Numbered from the stretch's first letter, positions 39,588 to 53,030 are shown. The stretch: DNA of 64,000 bases from Chiloscyllium plagiosum (GCF_004010195.1 NC_057719.1:66676421-66740420); one strand, 5' to 3'. Program-made: numbers and translations. The notes: generated by a model not told the origin, from the sequence alone.

Positions 39588-41063
39588 TTTCCTTTGAACT
39601 TTACCTCAATTTAGACCACTTTGTGCTTAATTTATTTTGACCATAAAAATATTTAGTCTTGTAAGTTACAGAATCTGGGTGTTGTCATACTGATGAACCT
39701 GCCGCTGTTGTGCTCTTTGAGCCTTCAAGAAGTTCATAAACATTCTTCGAAGTTTTTTTACAAATAAAACCATAAGAATGATTCATCTCAAGAGCATCTT
39801 TCGGGTGCATGTTATTCCCTCATGAATATGAGTCAAAGTCAATAGCTTTGCTAATTTCATTTTTGAGACAAGGTCCTTGTTGCAAATTTTCTAAACCAAA
39901 CTTCTTTGACTAAGTTCTTTGTAACTCATTTCACAAATTGGGAAGTGAGGACTGGAATTATTGTTTGTGTTAATTTAATTACTTATATCATCTTCTGGAG
40001 ACATTTCAAAGTTTTAAGCGGCGTCACTGTCAGTCATGACTTTTCTTTTAATCTTCCACTATTTGTGGATTGATGAGTGATGAGGCTACTAAGATGTATT
40101 CTGTTATTAACATGCATGCAGCTTGCATTGCGTCGTTGGAATTTATACATTCTGTTATTTGTGTACTCAGTTTTGTGAATGTGTTACAGTTTGCAATGAT
40201 GCTTAATCATTGTTGATATTTAAAATCATTTTTATTCTGGGACCTGGTAATCTGTAATTAATCTTCTAGAATGTGAGTAGAGCCAACATTCCCATTTCAT
40301 GAGAAAGAAGTTTGGCCAAATTGACTCCGTTATCAGTTAGTCAATCTGATATGATCCTGCTGCTGGCAAAGTGCCTTTCTAATTCTGAAGTGTCAAATGA
40401 GTGAAGGTTTGAATTCATTGAAATTGTGCTGAGTCTTGGCTGCCAAAGATGGTTATGTTCAACAGAACACAGCAATTGTAGTGAAACATTCCAAGGGTCT
40501 TTATTATATTATTGCACTAAGAGTATTGCAGACAGCTGGATTAGATAGTCTATCATATACTTTGTGCCTAAGAGTGTAACTATTCTGCATGTAATGCCTT
40601 AATCCTCGTGGGTGCCACATATTCTGAATCAGTTGTAAAATGATAAAACTGCACAAGAATATGTCAGAGAATGAGGAGAATGCAAGAAACAATGTGTGGT
40701 GAAGTATCAAGGTATCTTCTCTCCCAATGTGATATTTGTTTACTAATTCCAAATTTCCCGAAGTTTAGTTGAAAAACGTGGCTTATGAAAAGTTGAGCTT
40801 TGCATTTATCATTTATGAGGGCTGTTTGAGATTCTGAAAGTAATTCTGATTTCCTTTAATTACATGTCTGAATGCATTTGAAAAAAACTTTCTTTCACAT
40901 TGGAGATAAGTGTTCATTATTTGCAGCAAAATCATAATCACAAGCATTGTGTTTGCATTTGCAATGGGACTTTAAACAGTGGAATGAATCATTCCACCAT
41001 AGCTGATGAAAATATAGACAATAACTTGAAATAAATGATTAGTTTCTTCTGACCTTATTTCAG

Positions 41064-41145
41064 GTTGAAGGAGGCTCAGCAATCTGTGAAGAAGATAACT
41101 TCAGAAAAGAAAGTTGAAACAAAGAAAACAAATCCTAACAGCCTG
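41064..41145 (+). CDS. FMN1: Formin-1, penultimate coding exon, 82 bp
   Basis: tttcag acceptor ending 41063; gtaag donor at 41146. Translates (R)LKEAQQSVKKITSEKKVETKKTNPNSL, in phase with both neighbouring exons. Confidence 0.95.
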
Positions 41146-41378
41146 GTAAGATTGTCATTACTGGTAATCTATGTCAGTGTCCCTAAAACTCCTTGATGCT
41201 GATTTAGCATTCAAGTACACTGCTAAAATCTAAATGCATCTAAAACAAATTACATTATCCTACTCATTTTTATGTAAGCATTATATAAACAAGACATTTA
41301 TGGCAAAGAATTGAGTTGAATTTATATTATAAAACATATTCATTCTTAGCATTTCCTGTGGAAAAGATATTCAGACTT

Positions 41379-41731
41379 ATAGATCGTAGAATCCCGACAA
41401 TGTGGAAGGAGTACAAACAGACCGCTCTACTCTAAACTTATAACCCTGCATTTCCCATGGCTAACCCTATAACCCTGCATTTCCCACAGCTAACCCCATA
41501 ACTCTGCATTTCCCATGGCTAATCCACCTAACTTGCTCTGGACACTTTACCCTGACCAATCTACCTAACCTGCACTTTGGACTGTGGGAGGAAACTGGAG
41601 CACGCAGAGGAAACCCATACAGTCACTGGGACAATGTGCAAACTCCACACAGACAATTGCCCAAAGGTGGAGTCAAACCCAGGTCACTGGTGCTGTGAGG
41701 CAGTGGTGCTAACCACTGAGCCATGGTGCCA
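41379..41731 (-). mobile_element. HE1/V-SINE-type SINE with an internal 29-bp triplication
   Basis: Head ggcaccatggctcagtggttagcaccactgcctcacagc on the minus strand; unit tataaccctgcatttcccatggctaaccc x3 at 41439-41525. Confidence 0.85.
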
Positions 41732-41896
41732 AAGGGAAGGATTCCAGAGGAGGAAACCAGGCATGAAAGTTTAAATCTGCAGAAAAGTATGAGGCTTTTA
41801 AATTGGAACGGAAATAAGTTCTAATGGAGATTTTCAGTAATACAAATGTTTTACCAGGGTAAATGTTGAAACAATTGCTGGATGACAGTTTCTAAC

Positions 41897-44470
41897 AATC
41901 TAAGAAATCAGAGCAGGGCTAGACTGTGGACTCCTTCAAGCCTGTTTCGCCATTCGGTAAAATTATGGTTGATCATTGGCCTCACATCCAGCTGCCCACT
42001 TACAACACGTACCCTTGAATTTCCTCAGAAGCCAAAACTTTGTCTATCGCAGAGCTAAATATATTCAGTGAGTGATGGAACATCCACAGTCTTCTGTGTT
42101 AGAGAAGTCCAAAGATTTACAACCTTCTGACTGAAAAATGCCTCCTCACCTCAATTCTACTAGATCAGCCTCTTATTAAAGAACAAAGAATAAAGAAAAT
42201 TTACAGCCCAGGAACAGGCCCTTTGGCCCTCCAAGCCTGAGCTGATCCAAATGTACTGTCTAAACCTGTCGGTCAATTCCTAAGCATCTGTATCCCTCTG
42301 CTCCACACCTACTCATGCACCTGTCCAGATGCATCTTAAATGAATCTACTGTGCCTGCCTCCACTACCTCTGCCGGCAAGGCATTCCAAACACCCACCAT
42401 CCTCTGTGTGAAGTACTTGCCGCATGTATCCCCCTTAAACCTTCTACCTCTCACCTTGAAAGCGTGACCTCTCATTATTGAGTCCTTCACCCTGGGAAAA
42501 AGCTTGTCTCTATCCACCCTGTCTATACCCTTCATGATTTTGTAAACCTCAATCAGGTCTCCCCTCAATCTCCTTTTTTCTAATGAAAATAAACCTAACC
42601 TACTCAACCTCTCTTCATAGCTAGTACCTTCCATGCCAGGCAACATCCTCGTAAACCTTCTCTGCACCCTCTCCAAAGCATCCAACATCCTTTTGGTAAT
42701 GTGGTGACCAGAACTGCAGCTGAACCAATGTCTTGTACAATACCCCGTCCAATGAAGATAAGCATACTATATGCCTTCTTGACCACTCTATCCACCTGTG
42801 CAGCAACCTTCAGGTACAATGGACCTGCACTCCCAGATCTCTCTGCCCATCAACTTTTCCTAAGGCTCTTCCGTTCATTGTATAGTTCACTCTAGAATTA
42901 GTCTTGCCTAAATGCATCACCTCACATTTGTCTGGATTGAAAACCATCTGCCACTTTTCCGCCCAACTCTCCACTCTATCTATATCTTCCTGTATTCTCT
43001 GACAGTCCCTTATGCTTTCTGCTCCTCCACCAATCTTCGTGTCATCTGCAAACTTGCTGATCATACCAACAGTACCCTATCCCAGATCAGTTATGTATAT
43101 TACAAGCAACAGTGGCCCCAACACTGACCCCTGTGGAACACCACTAGTCACCTTTCTCCATCTTGAGAAACCCCCTTCAACTATTACTCTCTGTCTCCTG
43201 TTGCTCAACCAGTTCCTTATCCACCTAGCTAGAACACCCTGCACACCATGTGACTTCACTTTCTCCATTAGTCTACCATGGGGAACCTTATCAAATGCCT
43301 TACTAAAGTCCATGTATACGACATCAACCTTTCCTTCATCTATCAACTTGGTCACTTTCTCGAATAACTCTATTAAGTTGGTAAGGCATGATCTCCCCCA
43401 CACAAACCCATGTTGGTTATCACTGATAAGCCCATTCTTTTCTAAATATAAATAGATCCTATCCCTCAGTACCTTCTCCCACCACTGACGTCAGGCTCAC
43501 TTGTCTGTAGTTACCCGGAATATCCCTACTACCCTTCTTGTACAGGGGGCCAACATGAGCAACCTTCCAGTTCTCCGGTACCTCACCTGTATTTAAGGAT
43601 GCCACAAAGATATCCGTCAGGGCCCCAGCTATTTCCTCTTTCGCCCCCCTCAGCAACCTGGGATAAATCCCATCTGGTCCTGGGGATTTGTCCACCTTAA
43701 TAACCTCTAGCCTACCCAACACATCTTCCCTACTTATGTCAATGTGATCCAGACTAATCAAACTTCTATCTCTAATCTCAACATTCATCATGTTCCTCTC
43801 CTCAGTGAACACTGATGCAAAGTAATTCTGAAGCTGTAACCCCCAAGTTTTAGATTCCCCAGCCAAGGTAACACCCTCTCATTGTCAGCCCTGTCAACAC
43901 CTTGTATGTTTTTCTCTCATTCTTCTAAACTCCATTGAGTATAGGCTAAATTTCTGCATCGTCTCATAATAAGACAACCCATTCATCCCAGGAACCAATC
44001 TAGTGAATTCTCGCTGTCATACTCCAATTGAAGTGCATCCTTCCCTGTATATGGAAACCAAAACTGCATGGTGTTTCTGCTGTTATCTCACCAATGCCTT
44101 GCACAATTACAGCAAGACTTGTGCTTAAGTCTTGTACTTATGTCCCCTTGTACAATTATACCTCACATCCCTCCAAACACTGAAGTTATAAGTTCCACTC
44201 CTTATAAAAAATATTCTGCATTTTTATTTTTTCTACTGTTAAAAACTTCGCAAACCCCTATATTTATTTCTCTGACACTTTTATTGTTCAGTCACTAAGG
44301 CTGCATAGAGAAAAAGACGGTTCTCTGTTTCCTCTTCACAGGTTACATTCATACCTTACTTATATTGTTGACCAAATTAATACTTCCCTCTCAATCTCTT
44401 TGTTTAAGTCATCTAAGTATATGTGTAAATAGTTGAAGCCCTAGCATTGACCCTTGTGGCACACCACCAG
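41897..44470 (-). mobile_element. Older CR1 LINE 3' fragment split by a younger CR1 insertion
   Basis: Degraded CR1 sequence at 41897-42177 resumes at 43827-44470 (cctcttatt...ctgaagctgtaaccc). Confidence 0.65.
42178..43826 (-). mobile_element. Relatively young, 5'-truncated CR1 LINE (RT domain and 3' UTR, short tandem tail)
   Basis: ORFs with [53 protein letters not shown] and LERVQRRFTRM. The tail reads aaagaac-aaagaat-aaagaa on the + strand. Confidence 0.95.
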
Positions 44471-45452
44471 TTTAGTTTTGCATGCTACAAGACAAATTGA
44501 GGTTTTTTATCAATGTGATTGAGTGTTGCCCCAGTTGAAGACATTGATGTATCTACAGTTTAATCTACATTCATGCCATTGTAAAATACATTACAACACT
44601 GCCTACAATCAAAGTAAAATGTCACAGGCTCTAAAGTACTTTGAGATGTTCTGAGCTTGTGAAATGCACACTGTAAATGCTAATCTTTTCAACCATTTTC
44701 TTGAAGCAAGCAAGTTTGCAGGATTGTCCTGATAGATGCAGTTGTTACCAAATTAATACTTTACTTTTTGCTTGGACAGTTGCAAGCAATTATTTTGATC
44801 TTTTGATGTAATGGAATTATCCAATTTTATCCAATATCTTTGAATTATCTACTACAAATTCCAGACATGGTAAAGTATTCTGTACTCTGAAGTGTTGTTC
44901 ATTACTGTCTTGGGAATACAAACAACTTTCGTGGCATTGATTTTCTTTGGTTACAGAATGTTCTAGTTAATTGTAGCCCTTTTCAGATAATCAAGATAAA
45001 CTGTTAAAAGTTTGGAATTTTGAATTGTTTTGTGTGACTAAATGATAGTAAATGTATCCTCCAGCATTTGAACATGTGGACAGTCTGTACCACAAAGGAT
45101 TTGGAGTTGTATAATCAGTCTCTAGTGAGTATACAAATAAGAAGAGTTAAAAGCAACTTGGAAATTATAGAAAGAATTTCTTATTTTCTAAGGAATGCAA
45201 TATATGGATTAACTTCAACCTATCTGGTTGTGAAATTGATGCAGGAGTTGGGAGATGTATTATTAAAAGTGAACATTTTCATTTGTTAAGCATTCTGGAA
45301 CCATGTCTGTCCACATTTTCTGTGCTCGCTGGATTGAGGTGCTCACTGAAAGCAAGGGGATGCCTCATGTCCACATTCAAGTTAGAGATTAATGGTGCAA
45401 TTAAGGTTTTATCAAAAGCACACAGTCTAAAACTTAACCATTGGGTAAAATA

Positions 45453-46391
45453 TGTTGGAATTGACTTGGTACCCTGACTGACATATAATTGTTTCCAAGT
45501 ACTCTGGTCATAGGGTTTATGTTCAGGATTCAGTTGGGAGGAATTCCCCAATAATTAGCTCCACTATCACACAAAGCATCACAAATGTGTAACTATCCAA
45601 TTCGACTACCAAGATAGATAATCAGTTTCCTGAGGAAGGGCTTATGTCCAAAACATTGATTCTCCTGTTCCTCGGATGCTGCCTGACCTCCTGCACTTTT
45701 CCAGCAACACACTCTTGACTCTGATCTCCAACATTTACAGTCCTCACTTTCTCCTGCAAGATAATCAATTTGAATGTCTTAACCGCTGTTCAGGACAAAT
45801 ACAGTTCACACCAGATTTCATCATTGACAGGAAAATAAACAAACTTTTCTTTAACAAATCACAAAAAAAGGATGATTAATCTATTGCTATTTGACTTAAG
45901 CTATGTTCCTTTAAAATCCCAAACACATTCATTCATTTGTTCCTTCAGAAACAGGAGAGACAAAAAAGAAGCAGAAGGTTTGACACGAATGCTGTAATTG
46001 GAAAAATATAGCAGAGAAAAATAAGTGATGTAGTTCAAGAGACAAGACTGAAGGGTTATTTCTCTCAGTTCTTTCGATTGAAGAAATGATGATACAATGT
46101 TGGCTGCAGAATAGTGCTTGAACTTTGATTCAATAGCTGATTGGGAACACCTAGATATTTATATGTGAGTTTTTTTTTCCACTCTCGCAGAGAGAAAATG
46201 TGACAGATGCTTCTTGTTTTCAAGCTTCTGGATCTCTCTAGTTTCACTGCACTGTCAGGTCTGTAACAAACTACAGCTGTAACAATCTGAAGGCTGCCAT
46301 TAAACAGTTTTCAGTAACTCCTGGTGCCACACTGTCTCATAAAGTAACCAAACCAATACTCTGAAAAGTACACGGAAAAATCTTCCCAACA
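45453..46391. mobile_element. Possible solo LTR
   Basis: Bounded by tgttggaa ... ttcccaaca (TG...CA, imperfect inverted ends). No convincing TSD. Confidence 0.3.
45629..45758 (+). mobile_element. Hammerhead-motif short retroposon copy
   Basis: CTGAGGA-A-GGGC-TTAT-GTCC-AAAAC (G12 changed to A). TSD agataatca(g/a)ttt at 45616-45628 and 45759-45771. Confidence 0.9.
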
Positions 46392-46935
46392 AGAAAAGAT
46401 GTTTTGCAAACATTTATATCGCATTATTTCCTGTCCTCACCTCATATACATATAGTTTACTATTTGCCCACGCCGCCGAGAGAAAATAGACAGTGACAAT
46501 TCCCAGTGTTAAATTCACAACAAACACCTGGCAGCTCCAGCCCTTGCTCCTCCAAACCTCCATGTGGTCAGTGATCCCAAACAACTCAGGGTACACTCCA
46601 TGGGCAGCGGCTGCCTGCATCCTTTGCCTGAGAAAATTGCCATCAGATGTGCACCAGCCTCAACCCATTATTATGGCACATCTTCAACCCACTGTAAACA
46701 TAGCTATGAACTTATGTACTCTACTTTGCAGCACCTTTCTTTGTAATGCTGTTGCCATGCCATTTTGCACACAGGGTAGACACCCATCTGTTAATGTTAA
46801 TTTCTCTCTGCACCTTCTCGACTGATTACATTGTATCCTGCACTCTGTTCTGTTACAGGTGCACTTGTATAGTAGGATCTGCCTGTAAAAGCATGGAAGA
46901 CAACATTTTTCACTGTATGTCAGTACATATGACAG

Positions 46936-47690
46936 TAATAGAATCAGAGAGTCATAGAGCTGTACAGAATGGAAACAAACCCTTCAGTCCAACTCGTCCA
47001 TGCTGATCAGATATCCTAAATAAATCTAGTCCCACTTGCCAACATTTGGCCCATATCCCTCTAAACCCTTCCTATTCATATAGCCATCCAGATGCCTTTT
47101 GAACGTTGTAATTGTACCAGCCTCCACCACTTCCCTTGGCAGTTCATTCCATACACGCATCCCATTCTGTATGAAAAAGTTGGGCCTAAGGTCCATTTTC
47201 AATCTTTCTCCTCTCATCTTAATCCTATGCCCTCTAGTTTTGGACACCCCTACCCTGGGGAAGACCTTGGCTATTCAACCTATCATTGCCTCTCATGATT
47301 TTGTAAATCTCTATAAAGTCACCCCTCAGCCTCAGATGCTCCAGGGAAAATAGTTCCAATTTTTTCAGCTTTTCCCTCTCAAACTTTTTCAGCTCAAACC
47401 CTCCAATTCTGGCAATATCCTTGTAAATCCTTTCTGAACCCTTTCAAGTTTCCCAACATCCTTCCGATAGCAGGGAGACCAGAATTGCACACAGTGTTCC
47501 AAAATTGGCCTAACCAATGCCCTGTACAGCTGCAATATGACCTCCCAATTCCTATACTCAATGCACTGAACAATAAAGGCAAGCGTAGCAAATGCCTTCT
47601 TCACTCTCCTGTCTACCTGGGACTCCACTTGCAAGGAACTATGAACCTGCACTCCAAGATCTTTTTATTTAGCAACGCTCCCTAGGACTT
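46936..47690 (-). mobile_element. CR1 LINE 3' fragment
   Basis: ORFs 47389-47652 (LYRALVRPILEHCVQFWSP) and 47026-47247 (KTRGH...VWNELP). Confidence 0.9.
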
Positions 47691-48089
47691 AAATCAAATC
47701 AAATCATCTCATTGATTGGAGCAGGATGTTAGCATTCCCTGTGTAATCCCAACTACAAGTGAAGCCTATTACTTTGATCCTTTTTATGTTTGTCCTGTTG
47801 TTTAATAGAAGTTAAGGTTAAAACTGACAGGAGCCTTCATGACATCTGAAATTTCATCATACGTGTCTGATAAAGTTTCAGGTTAGTGTAGGTGCTATAG
47901 AAAGGATAGCTAATGTTAAGATAGGGTGGGAACATTGTGTGGCACTAAGAATGGCCAACCCCTCTCGCTTCATTCTTGTAGTTGTAACTAAAATGACAGT
48001 CACTTACAGAGCTAGTGATGAAAAGCAAACATTATAATGTTTTTCCAATGAAGTTTCACCCATGGCATCTATTTGCTCTCAGACATCTA

Positions 48090-49620
48090 GGTACAGTCCC
48101 AGGATCTGCAGTTGGGGTGGATGGAATTGGTATGTTGGCCTTGTAGTTTTGGTTCGGTGACCCCATGAACATTTGTACCTAGACATGCTGGTAGTGTACA
48201 GGCTTACCTTCCTCAGCGTAAACTCCCACAGGGTGAGGGATTGCAGGCAGAATGGAGCTGGACAGGTTGAAAACTTCTCTCAGGACACTTCTGGAGACAA
48301 CTAGGTACTTGCATGTGATTCCTCCTCCCGGGTGTGTCATATTGTCTCCTTGTGTTAACCAGGCAACTGGGGTGAGGTCTTCCATCCACCTCTGTGCCGG
48401 GAATGGCTGCAGCAATAGAATCAGTGCACATATCTGCCCCTATATCGAGTGGGGGGAGACAAAAAAGCTGCACATGCTGGAACCCAAAGTAGACAAGCAA
48501 GAGACTGGAAGAACAGACCAAGTCAGGCAGCATCAAGAGGTGCAGAAGTCAATGTTTCTGGTGTAACCCTTCTTCAATACTGAGTACACAGAACCTGGAT
48601 CTCTGTGGCAGCTGCCAACCTGATCTCTGAGGCAGCCAGATGCCCACATGCTGTGATGTGCTGACCACCATGTACTGCCATATCTAATCCAGCTGATTAA
48701 TGTCCTAAGGTGTCAATGTCTGATCTGGTGGAGAGTGCTGGAGACTGCCTTGCCAGTCCTTCCTCTAGGGGATCAGTGACTTCTTCCTCAGAGCTGGAGG
48801 AGAAGGGATGTTCTGAGGGGCTGCTCTCTCCATAGCAGAAACCGTGCAAATGCTGCTGATTCCCACAGGAGATAAGAGGGAGTGGGTTGCAAAATAGGCT
48901 TAGAAATTCAGTCACGTTCATATTACACTGCCACTGCTGGTGATGGGAGAGTCAGCACTTGACAATGAATCGGACATGATGTGCAGGACACAGAGGTCTC
49001 AGGATCATTGCATGAACAGTCTCAGTCCTCTCCCACTAACACAAGGACTCGGTCCTCATACTGGGTAATGAGACCAAACTCAGGCACCCAACACCCTTCT
49101 TGGTTCTCGCCATCCTGTTTTCCCCTGGAATGAAACAAAGGGAGAGGTTAAATGAGAGGGAAATGGCTGGGCACAGCCCTTAGTACAGGTGAGAGAAAGG
49201 TGGTGAGGCATCCTGAGAGTGCGATTTGGCAGCACAAAGCGAGTTCAGGGTTTGTATTATTGGGCTGGGCGAGCTCAATTAAAGGAAGATGTTGAATTTA
49301 ATAAAGAGAGTGAAGGACCATGAGCCTTGGTGGGAGGTGGGTCTCCTAGCAAAGATAGAGTTAGTTGTAACTTAAAAGTGAGAAAATGGTGGCACTTACC
49401 ATTGTGGAGTACACTGAGTCTTTAGCTTTTTTTCCTGCCCTGCTGGGTATTTGTCCAGCCTGAGGACACTGCAATGATCTGGGTCCTCAGATCAGACTGG
49501 CAGGTTGTGTGCTGTGGTTTCTTCTGGTGGTCCTGAGGGAAAAGGCTGACCTGCCTCTCCAGCATTCCATCCACCAGGATCTCCAGGTCCCTGTCAGAAA
49601 ATCAGGCTGCTCCAGGGATC
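48090..49620 (-). mobile_element. Harbinger-type transposon remnant with a Myb/SANT-like gene fragment and introns
   Basis: Minus strand about 49600-49400 reads FSDRDLEILVDGMLERQVSLFP...; GTAAGTG donor at 49399; pyrimidine-rich cag acceptor near 49125. Confidence 0.5.
48455..48582 (-). mobile_element. Diverged subfamily of the hammerhead-motif retroposon
   Basis: Minus strand reads cagt-at-tgaaga-a-ggg-ttaca-cca-gaaac-att-gact...gatgctgcctgac...ttccagcatgtgcag. Confidence 0.7.
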
Positions 49621-49639
49621 CATACTATACTCTCGAAAT

Positions 49640-52600
49640 GCAGGTTAAAGTCTCACCGTGGCAGTCAATGGAATTTAAAATTAATTCAGATTTTAATTTC
49701 AAAACCTGGTATTAAAAGCTAGTCTCAGAAATGTTACATTGAAACTGTCATCATAAAAAGCCATTATGTTACCTTATGCTTTTCAGGGAATAAATATTGT
49801 AGTGATTGGAACCAGGATGACCTCGTTGACAATGCGATTGTTTGACTGGGGTTGTTAACTCTGGCCAGTCAGGGAGCCCTAGCTGATTAATAAAACAACA
49901 AAAAATTTAATAAATACACAAAGCCAGGAGCTTTAGAATCTCCTCAGTCCCGGCGACTGACTCTGAGCTGGCTGGTCCCTGCCGGTGAACAGTGTACAAG
50001 TAAATAAAGGGTGACTTGGTGACAGGATACCAGCCTCTGTGCTTTATTTTAATGGTGACGGGAGAAAACAGTACGTGCCTGAAGAACATTCGCTGGCAAC
50101 AGTCATCTTGGAGTTGGGGGCATATGCATTTCTGACATCATGCCTTAATTTGGAAGATTAATTTATTGGATTTTGCTTTTTTTTTCCCCGGGCAAATTAC
50201 ATTGGGGCAATGAGTAATCCTTCTAACTGCTTGTGACCCACAGCATTTTCAGTTATAAGGGGCTTAAATTTCCCAGAGTCACTGGACATAGTGCTTAAAT
50301 GTTTCTCGCAGGTGGGCACATGCCTTAGAAGGGAAAAATGTGTGTTCCGGCTGCCCCAAGTGATCTACTTGGGTTGCAGACTCGACAAAACCGTGTTATA
50401 CCCATTGGAAAATAAAGATCAAAGGACCCCCTGCCTCCCAAGTCTGTACTGGAGCTTAGGTATTTCCTTGGGTTACTGAATTATGTTGGAAAATTCATAC
50501 GTAACCTGGCCTCCATCTTGGCACCTTTACACCTGCTATTGAGAAAGGGTCAGCTTTGGAAATGGTCGCAAAGCCAACAAGTACCTTTAGGGAAGTGAAA
50601 CAGCAGCTATCATCATCGAAGATGTTGATTCACTACGATCTGAAGTGAGAGGTAGAGCTCACTGGTGGCCCAATGCAGAGGAGCCCCAATAATGTAGTTT
50701 CCCGGACTTTGGCTGATGCCGAACAGATATATGCCCAGATAGAGAAGGAAGGTTTGGCGGTCATCTTTGGTGTGAGGAAGTTCCACCAGTTCCTTTATGG
50801 ACAGGAATTTGTCATAGTAACAGATCACAAACCAGTGGGAGGGCTACTGAAGGAAGACAAGACGGTGGATTCAGCAGTAAGTCCTTATTCTCAGTGTGCA
50901 CCAGTACAAGTTAGAACACCGTCCAGGAAGCCAAGTGGCTAATGTGGATACCTTGAGCCTCCTCCCACTGGCATATACTCCATCGGTGGTACCTCACCTG
51001 AAAGAGTCCATTTTTGTTTTAAACTTCCTGGACACCCTTCCTGTCACTGTTGATAATATCCCAACTGTGGACACAAAAAGATTCTGTCCTAGAAAAGCTA
51101 AAAGAGCTGGTGGTAATGGGAGAGACAGAATGGCCATTGCAACAAGGATTGAAACCTTCTGGACACAGTGAGACCAGATCACTATAGAGGATGACATATT
51201 ACTGTGGGCAGCGAGGGTGATTGTCCCGAATAAAGGTCACCGCCAGATACTGGCTGAACTCCACCAGGGTCATCCAGGGGTTTCCAAAATGAAGATGCTG
51301 GCAAGAAGCTATGTCTGATGGGCAAGGTTGGATGTCAACATAGCTGCATTGGTGGGGTAGTGCCCAGAGTGCTAACAAGGACAAAAGTTGCCACAATCGT
51401 GGGAATGGCCGGGAAAACTCTGGACTCGGTTGCATTTTGATTATAAAGGTCCTCTCATGGGCTCAATGTTCCTGGTCATTGTGGACGCCCATTCAGAGCG
51501 GTTAGATGTGCATAAAGCTTATTTGGCAAACCAAGGGATGATGATTGAGAAACTGCAAACATTGTTCGCAATACACGGGCTCCCAGAAATTTTGGTCACA
51601 GACAATAGGACGTCGTTAACCAGCAGGGAATGCAAGTACTACCTAAACTTGAATGGCATTCAGCACATAAGGACAGCTCCATATCATCCATTGTCCAATA
51701 GTTCTAGCAGAAAGATCGGTCCAAACGTTGAATGTAGGCTTAAAGAAGCAGCCTACAGAGTCACTTAATGCCAAACTGTCCTATGGTTGATTAAAGGACC
51801 ACCCTGCACACAACAAAAGGGATAGTTCCAGCAGAGTTGCTGATAGGGAAATAGCTCTGTATCAGGTTAAACCTGATATTCCCAGACCCGGCAGGAGGAG
51901 GTTGAAGTGACAGCAGTAACACCAATGCCAGTCACATGACTCCTCGAAGTGAGAGAGACAGTTTAATTCAGGGAATGAAGTTTGGTGCTGGAACCATGGA
52001 AATGGCCCTGTGTGGGTAACAAGAGGAGGTTGATGCGAGGTCAGGGCCAGTCACTTACAAAGTTCAGGTCGGTGAGGCGGTCCTGAACAAACATGTGGAT
52101 CACCTGAAAGCTGTTACTTCAGAAACTGGGCAGGAGCAAAACATACCTGGTCCTCAGAACAGCCAGGAGGCCTGGCAGAAACCATAGGTTCTCCCCCTCC
52201 CTCTAAGTGCCGAGGAAACCTCCGAGTCCAAGATGGATGCAGTCTTGACATTGTTACTGCCAGGAGAAGGGCAGGGAACCCTCCCCAGATACTCTGGATG
52301 CAAGAGATGTGATGCATTCCAGTACACACTGTCTGTGTCAGGATCCGGACCTGGGGCGAAAACGTCATAGGAATAGCTCCAAGAGGAAGACCAGGCCTAC
52401 ATCCCCAGACTTGGGAGTGGAGGGAGAGACGTAGTGATTGGAACCAGTGATTGGTCCTTGTTGACTACGAGCCCCTTGATTGGAGTTGTTAACCCCAGCC
52501 AATCAGGAAAGCCCTAGCTGACCGTTTTAGACAGGGGAAAATAAGCACTACCGCTGTTTGGTGGTGGTGTGGGGTTTACAAAGGAACAACAGTGTAACCA

Positions 52601-53030
52601 GATTTAGAATCTCCGCAATATATAAAAAAAGGGGATTAGAATCTCCTCAGTTCTGAGGACTGACTTCGAGCTGGCTGGCCACAGCTAGTTTGCTGGGTAT
52701 TGATAAAGGGTGAGTTGGTGACAGGATACCGGCCTCTGTACGGTTATTTCAAATCTACTCTCCTTTCCTAGTCTGATATATTTTAACTGCAAAAAACACA
52801 GCAAATGGTCAGCAAGCTGCTCAATTGTAACAAACTGCAACAAAAACATCAGAACAGAATAATACAGAATGGACCATCTCGGACTTATGTAGGCATCACA
52901 AACAAAAATGACACACCCGGCCCTGTCAACCCTGCAAAGTCCACCTCACTACCATTTAGGGGCCTTGTGCGAAAACTACAAGAGCTGTTCCACAACCAAA
53001 ATCCCAGAAACCACCCACCAACAAAACAAA
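49640..53030 (+). mobile_element. tRNA/Deu-type SINE-like segment continuing into a LINE endonuclease N-terminus, split by the Gypsy element
   Basis: 49640-49797 (head, ending ...ttttcagggaataaatat) resumes at 52752 (aatctactctcctttcctagtctg...), then cctgcaaagtcc and GLVRKLQELFH. Confidence 0.55.
49798..52751 (+). mobile_element. Gypsy/Ty3 LTR retrotransposon, internally deleted and degraded, both LTRs present
   Basis: LTRs at 49798-50052 and 52430-52751 (both begin (t/c)gtagtgattggaaccag). PBS tggtgacgggag at 50053; PPT at 52413-52429; TSD aatat/aatct. RT end (LRREKCVF...YLG), RNase H (YAQIEKEGLAVIFGVRKFHQFLYG...TDHKP) and integrase (WTRLHFDYKGP...LPEILVTDN...TAPYHP) in Gypsy order. Confidence 0.92.

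Noticed and set aside
38580..41525. CRISPR-like arrays (TGTCA array; 29-bp triplication)
   Set aside because: Vertebrate DNA, no unique spacers, no cas genes.
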